From Paragordius varius (lineage: Eukaryota; Animalia; Nematomorpha), in contig OZ176052.1 of the NCBI GenBank assembly GCA_964247055.1, positions 2,728,001 to 2,792,000 on the forward strand: a stretch of DNA of 64,000 nt, read 5' to 3'. Positions 12,601 to 24,769 of this stretch are shown piece after piece. Each line of letters opens with the position of its first letter. Position 1 is the first letter of the stretch. A program made the translations under genes and the position numbers. Below the pieces are notes generated by a model, which did no database searches, had not been told where the DNA came from, and saw nothing but the letters and a program-made list of their open reading frames with translations.

Positions 12601-14807
12601 TATTATTTTAATTTAAAAAAATAATTTATTTTTTAAAAATATATATAAAAATATAGGTAATTTTAAATCTTAAAAACATATATTTTGAGGGTGAATTTGA
12701 ATTATAAATGGTAAATATTACAGTCATGAGAACTATTATTCTAGGCCCCATATCTGTATTTTATGATGATTAAAAGTGTAGCTTTACACCATTTATGAGA
12801 TTTTTTCTTTTATGTATTTAATACTGACATGTATCTTTTAATACGCTTTTAGCCATTTAAAATACAGATAAGGCCTATAATATTACTGTAATTGCATTTT
12901 TTGCTTCGAAAAAATACAGATACACAGTAAAAATTGAATTACATTATAATTAAATATAACATGTTATTTATTCATTAATTATTGCCAAATACCAAGCTTA
13001 TAGAGCAGGGGTGTCCAATATAAATAGCTTCGCGGGCCGCATTTGATATATATATATATATATATATGTATGGGCATTCATATATAATTCATTAATTTCA
13101 AACATAATACTGTAAAATGCAAATACAATATAACATTTTTTTTGGCTCTTCCCAATCGAAAAGATTGATTTAAAAAGTTCGGAAAAAATATATATTTAAC
13201 ATAATTTTGTAAGCATATTTTTGCCTATAATAAATTTCCGAATTTTTCACGGGCAGCACGTAAAGTCTTGTAGGGCTGCGTGTTGGCCACCCCTGTTATC
13301 ATAGAGCAAAGGACGATATTATTGGTCTATAATAATTTTTTCGATTTTTACTGCCATTAGCCAATAATGATGCTCTTTGCTGTATATGGCAATATTTACA
13401 GTCATATCCTTTATTTTATTAAAATTTATTTTTTTTTCGTTAAATGGGTATAAATATTTGGTAAAGAATGGAAAAAACAAGAGCTCTATGGTAATTCTTA
13501 TACTTTTTTAATGAATATTATATTGTTAATACCAAAAATCTCTTGTTTTTTTTTCATTCTTAAACTATTTATACCCATTTAACGAAAGAAAATAAATTTT
13601 TGATAAAATAACGGATACATGACTGTAATAAAAAAACTTGCAATGCATACTTAAACATACTGTAAATAAAGAGATACAAATATAGAAACTACGTGATTAA
13701 ATTATAAAATGCATATAATAGAGTGTGTTCCCATTTAATATTTCGTATACGATAATATTTAAAAAAAATATTACAAATATGGCTTCATTTCCTATAAAAT
13801 ATTGGGTTTACTTATGTTTTGTTATCTGGGTGATCCATAATCATATTAAAAATATTTTAATAAAAATGTATTTACCAGTTTTTTGTTATATATTAATTTT
13901 ATTAAATTTTTATATATTTTCCATATCTTTTTAAACTTATTCAAACAAGTATAATTTCTTTTTAAAAAAAAGTCGGCAAAAAGATAATTAAACCGCTTTT
14001 AAGCGAAGAAAATCCACACAAGTTTGTTTATGGTTGAAATTAATTTTAAATTATCTGTTATATAGCGCCTATTTGTATTAAGTATGCCCTATTCAAAAAA
14101 GATTAAAAAACGATTTTTAAAAAAGGGTAGACCCACAAAAAAGTTGAAAAAAAGTTCCATTTTATAAAAACAAATTAAAAAAAGTAATTAAAAAAATATA
14201 ATTCAATTTAATTAAAATTGTTTAATTTTTCGGAAATATTAATTTACCATGTAATATTTTATTTTATTAACTATATTTTATCCATTATATATTCTATGAT
14301 TTGTTTAAAAAATATTACGCATGAAAATGATTAAAGTAAAATATTATAATATTATTATGTAAAAATAAGCCGTTTATAGTTAATATTTTTCAATGCCAAG
14401 TTCAAAAACATAGGATATACGATAAGATTCAAAACGATAAGGTCACCAATGTCATGACAAATTAAATGACATAAAAAAAAACAATTAATTAAATATATGA
14501 TGTTACGATATAATTATCAAAATATAATAATATTACTTTAAGGAATCTAAAACACGATTAAGGTTATCATGATGGGTATTGTGATGTTGTAAAAGACTAT
14601 CAATATCAGATCCTCTTTCAGCCAACTAGAATTTAAAAATTTTGTAAAATTATAATGAACCTTTTGCCGTAAATCTTCATCACTGCACTGGTAACGCATT
14701 TTTTCAAACTCATACCGAGTTATTTTGGATAAAACTAAAACAGATTTTAGGTGCATGTCGCGAAAAACTTTTATAAAGTGATTATTCCATTGTAGTAGAT
14801 TTCGCAT
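6634..14807 (-). CDS. NADK2: NAD kinase 2, mitochondrial-type (8 exons)
   Basis: Exons 14807-14661, 14625-14537, 12411-12157, 9118-8922, 8658-8223, 7693-7542, 7210-7070, 6806-6634; all GT-AG with consistent phases. Motifs SKITRYEFE, GGDGTFL, VIGLNTDP..SEGYLCLP, ALNEIFIGESLSSRVSYYELSVDD, KSSGLTICTGTGSSSWSFNIN, VRSRCWDACIVIDGG..FNDG. Alternative start at 14756. Confidence 0.93.
9771..10978. mobile_element. ~1.2 kb element with ~290 bp imperfect terminal inverted repeats, in NADK2 intron 3
   Basis: ccattgaccttgttctttttcggcc (9771) vs gggaccgaataagaacaaggtcgatgg (ends 10978); complementary blocks continue inward (aagatatagtttggtg/caccaaactatatctt; cccataaagaaaggttg/caacctttctttatggg). Confidence 0.75.
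10284..10502 (-). pseudogene. LINE reverse-transcriptase fragment (RTE-like)
   Basis: ALSSILFNEYLECIMR...GIHIG...IKYADDTVILA matches RT motifs LSPxLFN and YADD; no intact flanking ORF. Confidence 0.75.
12467..12711. mobile_element. MITE family A (TA-flanked, TIR CCATTTACA.TTCAAATTCACCC)
   Basis: ta|ccatttacagttcaaattcac ... gtgaatttgaattataaatgg|ta; homologous copies at 18262-18465 and 55181-58937. Confidence 0.82.
12721..12888. mobile_element. Small TA-flanked foldback MITE (Tc1/mariner-like ends)
   Basis: ta|cagt...actg|ta with internal inverted aggcc..atctgtatttta / taaaatacagat..aggcct. Confidence 0.55.
13006..13295. mobile_element. hAT (Charlie-like) MITE family B
   Basis: TIR caggggtgtccaa ... 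ttggccacccctg, subterminal gcgggccgc; left flank ttatagag, right flank ttatcatagag (imperfect 8-bp TSD). Confidence 0.78.
13399..13625. mobile_element. TA-flanked foldback MITE
   Basis: ta|cagtcatatcc ... ggatacatgactg|ta; inner arms ttcgttaaatgggtataaa / tttatacccatttaacgaa. Confidence 0.78.
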
Positions 14808-14924
14808 ACATATATTTTCTAAAATCAAATTTTAATAAACAACAAAAACAAATATGCTTGATATGGTAAAATATTTTTGGCTAAAAATGTGAGATTAAAA
14901 TATTTTCCAGTTAGGTTTACACAT
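14808..14924. promoter_or_regulatory. Putative bidirectional promoter, NADK2/RanGAP1 (117 bp between ATGs)
   Basis: Inferred from divergent start codons at 14807 (-) and 14925 (+); no specific promoter motif identified. Confidence 0.6.
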
Positions 14925-17900
14925 ATGGGAGTTGAATTGAATTTTCAGAACCGTGGTTTAAAATTGGAAACCGCTGAAGATGGTTACATATAATTGTCAA
15001 TGAAATAGGTGAAGAATTGTTAAATCTTTTTGACGATAATGCGACATACGAAATAATCAAAATTGGTGGAAACACTATAAGCGTTGATTTTGCTGAAGTT
15101 TTTTCCGACAAATTATCACAACAAAAACATTTAAAAGTATCTAATTATATGTAATTATAAGCATCTACTTTTGAGTGATATATTTACTGGTAGGCTAAAA
15201 ACTGAAATACCAATTGCTTTGGTAAGTTATTTTTATCTAAAAATATTTTAGGATTATTTTTGTCATGGTGTTATGAAATCAGGATCTCATATTGTCGAAT
15301 TAGATTTAAGTGATAATGCATTTGGTCCTGCAGGAATCAAAGCACTTCGGCCATTTTTTGAACATGATGCTTCTAACTCACTTAAAATTCTCAAATTTAA
15401 TAATAATGGGATGGGTATTGAAGGTGGAAAGGTAAAGAATATATTTATTAAATAATTTACGTATTTTTTTAATAACATCCGTGATTTTAAAGCTAATAGT
15501 TGCATGTTTTTGTTTCCTTTAGTTATAAAATAAAAACGAGAAAATCATGGTAAATAATTTTTTTAATTTTGTTCATATATAAAGCAAAAATATCATTTTT
15601 TGAAATATAGGTTTTGAAAAAAAGGTAAAGTTTATATTATATTATTTCAAAATAGGTGCTATCAGAATATTTGAAAGCGTGCGTTAAACGATGCCAAACA
15701 AATCACCAATCAAACCAAAAATTTGCATTACAAGAATTTTATGCTGGACGCAATCGATTGGAAAATAGAGGGGCCAAAGCACTTGCAGAAGCGTTTAAGG
15801 TAAATTTTATAAAAATTAAAACTTCAAATTCTCTTTCTCTCTCGCTCTCTCTCTCTCTCTCTTAAGTTTTAATTTTCACTCAAGAAATTATGTGTTTCTA
15901 AAATAAATTATTTTGTTTATGTGAAAATTATCATTATCAAAAATAAAATAATATTTTTTGGGTGCCTTGTTTTACAAAATTATCTGCCTTATTCAATAAT
16001 TTAAAAGGAGAAATATTTTTTTCGCAAACTAGAGCAACACCCCCAAATGACATTAAGTGTGGAATCTGCATCTTGAGCCCTTTTTTTCAAAGATAATATT
16101 AAATTTTTTGATAAATTTTCATTAAAATTATTCATTTATAATATTTTACAGATATTTAAAAAATGTTTCAATAAAAAATGACAAAATTAAATTATTTTTA
16201 TTATTTTGACTCATTATAAATGTTACTCAATACCCACACCTCAACTTTAAACGACTCTAACTCAAATATTGTATTATCGGAAAAATGTTTGATTATTAGG
16301 AAAAACTAAATATTTTATAGGCGCATCATTATTTTAAATACCTTATCCTGAGAGGGGCATTTATATTTCTGCAGTTTTTTATTTAATAATTTGTACGAAG
16401 CATCATTGACTAATTCACTCACGTAAAATACATATTTATTTACAACATTTTACCTAATAAAATCATATTATAAATGTTTGCTCTTTTTACTAACGTTATT
16501 TATTTTATGGTATAATATAATTGAACAATTCTTATCAAAACTATTGTGTCTTAAACTGACCTTTTTACTTCATCCTATCACTTTAATCATATTGCCTTTC
16601 GAATTTTGTCTATTTCCATGATTTTCATAAAAAAAATTATGAAGCGCTCGCTGTCCGGAAAAAATTATTTAATCGTCGTTGCTATATTTCGCAAGGAGAT
16701 GCCAAAAAAAGAAATTACTGGAAAATAAAATCAACGCTACGAAATTCGCCTCTATTTATATTTTAATTATATTTATAGTTTGGTGTTTTAATAAACTTGA
16801 CTCTTCTAGTTAAATATGTATTAAACACTTTACATAAAATCCAAGTTGCAAAGATTTGTTTATTTTAATAGAAATGAGATATTTTAATATATTTAATTTT
16901 TAAATTCAGTAATTGACGAATAAAGATAATTTGTAAAAAAAACCATAAGTCAAACCTTAAACCAAAACAAATAATTAAAACTCTATGATCCATACAAAAA
17001 CCGTTTAACCATAGTACGCTAAAAATTATAATATATTCTACACAAAATTAACTTATGTTATAATTTTATAATAAAATATTCTTATATGTATATATTAGTT
17101 GATTCATACGCTTGAAGTCGTAAGTGTACCCCAAAATGGGATATACCATGAGGGTATAAGTGCACTCTCTGAAGCTTTTACCTGCAATCCAAATTTGATC
17201 CATATAAATCTCAATGATAACACAGCAACTGCTAGTGGAGCTTTTTCGCTTTCCAAGGTTTCTTTTTTTCTATTATAAAATTTAATTTTTAAGGATAAAA
17301 CTTAAAAAATAAAAAATTATTAATTTTCCAATATAAATAAATCCATATTTTTTATTTTTTGTACATAATGGATTACTTTTTTTGGGATATATAAAACTAA
17401 GTGGAGTATTTTTTGAGTTCCTCCTTATAACACAATCCAAAACGATAGGTTAGCCTAATATCAATATTTAAAAGTACGTTAAAAAATATTTGCTCCATAT
17501 AACTCTTAATGATAAAACAGCCATGGTTATTAGGACCTTTACGTTATTTAAGGTTTTTTGATATATATTGAAATTATAAAAAAGACACAAGTAAAAATGC
17601 AACGCCAGTATTACATTTAAGATTGTTAGAAAGTATAATCATCCAAAACTAATATTTTCCATTCACATTAATAATTTTATTTATATTGTATATGCTATCC
17701 AGCGATATTAAATTAAAAACTAAGAATGTATTTTTACTCACAATGTATAATGACAAAACAAACATTAGATGTTAGACAATTATTTTTTTATATTATAAAC
17801 TATATTTTTGAATCATATTTTCAATATATAACATATATAATTGCTTTTGTGATACAGATATAAAATTGAGTGCGTTGTCTATTTGAATTTCTTATCCCTA

Positions 17901-20802
17901 TATCACAATCCAAAACGAATAGGCGAGCTAAAACAAATTTAAAAGATACGATCTTTTTATTTAAAACATTCGTTTTTTACTTTTTACGTTTTGATTTTTT
18001 TGTAAAATTTTTGAAAAAATATTTTATTTTTCTTTTAGGCTCTAATAAACTTACCCAAACTGGAAATTTTGAATGTGGGGGATTGTTTGTTGAAAGATAA
18101 GGGGGCTTGTCATATATCACATGCTTTGCGTCATGCAAAATGTCTACAGGTTAAACATAGTTTTTTGAATGTTTTTTTTTCAAAATTGTTTCCCAAAAAA
18201 TTGCAAGTATTTTTAATTTTTTTGCTACTAAAGTTTTAATATATTTTAACAAATTTATATACCATTTACAACTCAAATTTACCCTTAAACATTTGAATTC
18301 ACCCTAAAAATAAATTATGTGTTTTCGGGCTAATATAATCATTAATATAAAATATATTTTTACGACATTCTATATTATTTTGTTAAAGGGTATTCATTAA
18401 TTATAAAATAACACATAATTTATTTTAGGGGAAATTTGTTGTGGGTGAATTTGAATCGTAAATGGTATATAATAATTTTTTTAACCAAATAAATTGATTC
18501 TTTTAGGAGCTCTATTTGAACAATAATGAAATAAATTCTCAAACTGCTTTACACATTATTGAAGATTTGCAGAATGTTAGTTCACTAACGTATCTTGATT
18601 TGAATGGTATATATATTTCATCATCATCATTTGTATCGCCATTAAATGTCGGTACACCTGTTTTTTCCAATCTTTTCTTGTTTTAGCAAATTCGAGATTT
18701 TAATATATGTAACATAATTATTTTTTTATATTTTTCAATAAGTTTTATAACATAATTCAAAAAGTTTTATAAAAATATTCACTTATATATATATAAATAC
18801 AGGTAATTATTTTGGAAGTGGTGTTTCTATCATTAAAGATCAATTGATAGAAAATGGTAAAGGACATATCATATCATCACTCAGGTATAATTCTATAACA
18901 AATATTTTATTTTATTTAATTCTATCAATAACATTAAGTGTAACCAGTCCATTTTTTATAATACATTGTTACCCTTAATACGTATTGTTTTTAATTTAAA
19001 TTGCATTATTGTTTTTTAGATTACCATTAAATAGATGATGTTATGTGGTATAAATAATCATATATTTATTTAATCAAATTAAGTGGGTATTTCTTAAATG
19101 AAATTGAACTCAGAGACCGATTTAAAGCCAATTTTTGTAAGTCAGAAGAGTGACAAAAAATATTTTTTGTAAGCCCAAACCAGAGACGAAAATCTAAATG
19201 GCACTCGAAAGAGTGTAAAAAATGACATTAAACCGGAACCTAAACTCAAACAAATGACATACTTCTCGCCTATAGAACCCCTTTTTTATAATAAAAAATT
19301 GTGAAACCTGTGCTATTAAAATAAAAGTGTGAAATTCAAAACCGATATAAAAAACGTTTTCTTTGCATGTGAAATATTTAGTGATGATGAGGGAAGTGCC
19401 GATGGCGATTCTGAACATTCTTCTTATGAACACATTTCCAATGTTTCCTCTGGAGATTCGGGATCTGAATCTGACATTGATGAAAATGGTAGATTTTATA
19501 ATTAAATTTTAATTATTCCTAAACTATGATGTTTTTTTTCACAATAGTTAGATGTTTGATATGTATTATCTCTTTTTAAAAAAAATAAGTGATATAGTAC
19601 CAATTAGTTTTTTTATACAAGAAAATTTTCGGTATAGCTTGATTTTATTTGGATTTTATTGTATGGAAAAAAACCAATTAGAACAGGGGCGGGCAGAACG
19701 CGGGCTGCATGAGGCCCTCCAATTTTTTATGGCTTTAAAAAATTTGAAAAAACCAAATAAATACAAAATTTTATCATTTAAGAGAAAAATCAATAAAATT
19801 ATGAATTGTATATCATTACTTTAAAGTATTAAATTTCATGGAGGAAAGTAATAAAAATAAGTTGATTTATATTTATTATTATTGAAGATAATCTAAACTG
19901 CTTAATTTTTTAAAATATAGAGGCAAATTTGAATATATCTTTCCAAATTTCGTCAACGGATTAAAATATTTAGTTGATATATCGTAATCGTAAATTTTTT
20001 TAGAATCATCTGATTGAAATATAATAAAATTTTTATTGATTTCAAATTTTGGCAACAGAATAACGTAGTTTTTTACTTTTTTACAAATTATTTATTAATG
20101 TCTTTTGCTTGTCTTTTTTTTCAATGCAGACCGCCCTAATTTTTTAGCTAAAAATGCGGCCTCTCGAAGGCATTTGTGTTTGGCATTCGTTTATTAGATG
20201 TTTAAAATATTTTATATTTATTATATAACTTGTATGGTAATTTAGAGTCATATACTTTAATAAATATGCTTTAATAGCATACATTTCTGCATATTATTTC
20301 TATAATTTTATAAATATTTTTTAGCAACACCTTTTTTGCATAACATAATAAATAGAATTAGAAAATGGAGAATATGAGGAAGAGGGCGAAAGCAATAGCA
20401 CAGAAGACAATGAAAGCCCCATCACTGATGATCTCATAAAACTTGATAGGATTAACTTGGAAAGCTCTTCCTATGAACAAATTGGTGATAACATGATTAA
20501 AGCAGCCGATGATAAAATTGACGTGGCTACAAAAGGTAACGCCTATTTTTTTATTTAATATTTGGGGTTTACATAGTTGGTTTTCCATAAGAGTTATAAA
20601 TGAAAAAGCGAAATAAAATTTGATTGATTTTTAGTATGAAAGTTTTTAAGTTTCTCGCTAATGTTAGTCGTTTTAGTGTAAATAGGATAATCTTTTTTAA
20701 TGTTTTTTATTATGAAATGCTCCTTAGTACAAACATTGATAAGTTATACCGCCATGATTTACAATTTTTCTAATCTAAAATATTCTCACTTTATCTATAT
20801 AA

Positions 20803-20841
<39 letters not shown>

Positions 20842-23800
20842 ATCCAGATAAAAATTTAGAAAATCAACAAGCATATGATATCACGAAATCTAAGCCTGGA
20901 TTTTCTTTCACGACAAAATCTTTGGCTAAAAATTTAACAACAAGTGTTAGCGGTTTTGGGGGCTTTAATTTTGTGGGAACGCCTAAATTCTCTTTTGCTA
21001 TGTCAATGCCCAAATCCGATTCCATATTCCAAAAATCACAAACAAAAACACCTGATAATAAGGAATCAGATCTCCCTATCGATTTCACTTTCAATCCTAA
21101 TGTAAGCTTTCTCTCTCTTCTATCGATTAATTTATTTGTTCTTTAATGGATCGAAAAAGAAAAAAATTTGGTACTGATGGTTGGAAATAGATATTTTAAT
21201 TTAGGATTAATCTTGTACCATAATTGTTTGGGTAAATTGTTTAGGTTTACTATATTGATTCATATTGTATTTCAATTAATATTTTATTTACCAAATATTA
21301 TCTATTCAATACAGATTTATTTATTTATTTGTATATGGCTAGCTATTAAAACCACAGAATAATGTAATTTTATATAAAATAAACTTTACATTAAATTGTC
21401 AATGTTTGTTTCTCCAATTAAATTAGCCTTTTCGCATCAACCATATTTTTTATGTCATCTTATATTTAACATACAATTCTTAAATATTATAAACCAATCA
21501 ATACATTTACAATGTATAACTCGAATCAAATATATCACTACAATATAGATTAAACCTAAAATTACCATACCTGATAATAAAAATATTAAAACGCAAAATA
21601 ATCTTACAAATGGATCAATAACACCCAATAAAATTGAAAGTGGAGAGAAACGACAAAATTTGGATGAGCTCCTAAAGGTGTATGGACAACAAACTATGAG
21701 CCTTGATAAATGTTTGGAACAATCTCTTAACATTACGCCGGTGCAAAAAAGTCCTAATGCAAAAATGAAAACCGTGGAATCATATAGTCAAGATTTTAAA
21801 AATCTTTTCAATGAATATCTTAAGGTATATATATATATATATATATTGTATATGGATATATACACTGTGTGCAAAAAAGAGGTTTTTTTAGAAAAAAATT
21901 TTTTTTAATGTAATAGCTTTTGACCAGCAAATTCATTTGACGCAAAAAATTTTATTTGTTGACGACCTAGTTTTTAAAATATTAAGAGAAAATCGAAATC
22001 GGGCAAAAAGTGAAAACTAAGGAGAGATATTATGGTTTAATTTTATTTTAGGAGATATTTTTAATAGATAAATAGCCTAAAATTTTATAGTTAGGGCTTC
22101 TAAAGAATCTCAGCTCAAAAGATGGCATTTTTCTTTAACACACTTAAAAGACAAAAAATTTTTTTATAAAAATATATTAAAATAATTTTTTTATTTACAA
22201 GCTAAACTACTATTAAAATCTTAAAATTTATATTTTATTTAGCAAAAAAAATTTATATATCAAAATAAAACCAAAAAATATTGTTTTTTATTTTTTCATT
22301 TTTTTGTCATCAGTATGAGTGTATAAAAAATTTATTCTGTTTTATTTTGGAATCTTACATGAGTGGAAACCATTAAGTATATAATTTATGCAAAATAGGA
22401 TTTAAAAGTAGTGGAATATCAATCAACAATCTTTACAAATCCTTGTAGCAAGTCTGTTTTAAGACAAATTAATATTTTTATTGCGATTCATATGGATTTT
22501 TGGTTGATATTTCATTACTTTTAAATCCTATTTTGCATAAATTATATACTTTATAATTCCCACTCATGTAAGAAAATAAAACAATATAAAGTTATATACA
22601 CTCATTATAAGCAAAGGGTTTTAATTACCTAAAATTTAATTATTTCTGGGCACCGTTTGGGGTCAATTTACATGCATTTGATATCGAATTTACGTTAAAG
22701 TTTGTTTTTATCAATAAATAAAAAATGATTGTGCCACTTCCTTTTAATTTAAATATTAAAATTTTTATTTTAGAATACGGAAAATGCCGAGAGATGTGGT
22801 GACATGTTTGTTAAGGTAATTTTATTTTTTCATATATCTTCCAAAAATTGAAGAAATCATTTAATATACAGTAAACATTTTAATGGCTGCTTATTTCACC
22901 CAATAGTAGGGCAAATTGCAACACAAGAGTTTATGGAAATAACAACAAAATGTTGAATAAACAAATATATCCTTTCTTTTTTCCATACACTCCTGTTTTG
23001 CAAATTGCCCTACTATAGTGTGAAATAAGCAACTATTAAATCCATAATGTAATATTTGAAAATAGATGGTTAGTCGAAACGAACCTATGGAAGTCATTGG
23101 TAATAATTCTTGTTAATTTTTCATAAATTTTCCTGAAGGATTATTTATAAATAAAATTTTGTTTTTTTTGCATCAGACGCCTTTATGAAATCACTCTTTA
23201 CACAAGAATACAATCGGAATGAAATGATAACCTCCCTACTTTCCTACATTGGATTAATGAAAGTAGTTATTGTTATAATATACACAATCAAATATAAAAA
23301 AATCATCTTTCAAAATAATTTATTTGACAATGTTGTAACATGTTATATTTCATGTTCGTTGACACATTTTGAATTAACGAAAAAGAAGCCAAATCCGTGA
23401 TTTTCGATACATAAATCATATTTAACCTGAGTTTGGATCTCGTAATGGTATCGAGCTGGTTTTTTATTAATATAATAATTGTCGTTTTTCTACAGAATAT
23501 TCTAAGTGGTTTACTTAAATAATGAAGATGACCTGCTTCTTTATGTCTATACTATGTGTACCTCTTTACCAAACACATAATTTTAATCAAGCATTCATGA
23601 CTAATTTTCAGAATCTTAGACAATATAAATTACAGTTGACTATAATAGCTATCAAATCAAAAACTCTAATAAGCCGCTAACACAAAAATAGTTTATATAA
23701 GAAGATGATAATTTGTTTAATGTTTAACCAAATCTCTTCCCTGCAATTATTATCATAGTCATAAGAAGAACAAATTCTGTAGGCATATCATGGTATCAAA

Positions 23801-24200
23801 AAATTTATCGATTTCCTTGAAACCTTAAAACATGCTTATAAAAATTGGTAGTAGACAATTGTCACCTAAGATTGCGTTTATTTTGCAGGACGTAACGATA
23901 GTGTATCATCCAAAATATGTCGATACTATTGTCCAACCAAACTAAAATTATTAAGCATTTTTTCTTGTTATAATGCAAATTGTTTCTTTTGCGATACATC
24001 CATTTTTGCTGAATAAAACTTTTTCTATATTTATTTAGAATGAAGACAAGTCTGTTAAAAAGCCAGATTCATCCACTCAAAAGGCTTGTATCAATACTCT
24101 ATTAACTATTACAGAAAAACCTTATGTGGATTCCAATATAAAATCAATGATTAGGACCTTTATAAATTTCAGAACAAATACCGCTTCTAACACTCATTAA
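14925..24200 (+). CDS. RANGAP1: Ran GTPase-activating protein 1 (17 exons)
   Basis: Exons 14925-14982, 15009-15136, 15162-15221, 15252-15431, 15656-15799, 17099-17257, 18039-18149, 18507-18606, 18803-18884, 19382-19488, 20356-20535, 20848-21101, 21549-21824, 22774-22815, 23066-23099, 23177-23262, 24039-24200. Motifs GLKLETAED, SDIFTGRLKTEIP (arginine finger), VELDLSDNAFGP, AGRNRLEN, PQNGI, INLNDNT, VGDCLL, acidic tract (SDDEG...EEEGE), C-terminal LLSYIGLMK|NEDK. Exons 12-15 less certain than the LRR exons. Confidence 0.93.
18262..18465. mobile_element. MITE family A copy in RanGAP1 intron 7
   Basis: ta|ccatttacaactcaaatttaccc ... gggtgaatttgaatcgtaaatgg|ta. Confidence 0.78.
19684..20138. mobile_element. 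Degenerate hAT-like MITE in RanGAP1 intron 10
   Basis: caggggcgggcagaac ... tgcagaccgcccta imperfect TIR; internal gcgggctgcatgaggccc also seen near 36400. Confidence 0.5.
22315..22605. mobile_element. Foldback MITE in RanGAP1 intron 13
   Basis: Long arms: cttacatgagtgg/ccactcatgtaag and aagtatataatttatgcaaaataggatttaaaagta/tacttttaaatcctattttgcataaattatatactt. Confidence 0.8.
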
Positions 24201-24769
24201 TAATTTTCACAATGATTTTTTACTATAAATATTTATGGAAATGTGTGATTACATGTAATGTATTTTGAATATCCATATAATAAATTTTTACATAGCCTAT
24301 AACCTATTTTAGTTATATAGATACTGTTTTAGATATTGAAACAATTATATTAATTACTTACATGTATATATCAAATAACTTTATCTATTATACGAATATT
24401 TAACATTTTTTTAAAAATTACCAAGAATGAAGTTAGTAGTAGTGCAAAATGATATTTGAACAGTAAAGACAATAAAATATCTTTCATCGTGTACCCTTTC
24501 GCTAAACTCCATTTTTTCTTAAATTTAAAATTCATCAGCGTCCATATTGTTTTGTTTTTTATATCCATTATTTAAAAACTGGAATAGTAGTTTTCCAATT
24601 TTTTATATTATTGTCCTTTAGCCTGTATTTTAGTCCATTAGCTCTTGATTATATTCTATCCTTATTTACTATCATAATATTCCTTGTGTAATGTTTAACT
24701 CTTATTAATATTCAATTTATTTTTTCTTAATTTTTTGACCTTATTTAATTCTATTACGTCGACTAACCT

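Noticed and set aside
17440-17960. ~60 bp direct repeat (cacaatccaaaacga.taggt/c.agc) in RanGAP1 intron 6
   Set aside because: Short, degenerate and non-coding; probably fragments of an old repeat.
23400-23960. Possible decayed transposase in RanGAP1 intron 16
   Set aside because: No recognisable catalytic motif could be assembled in any frame.
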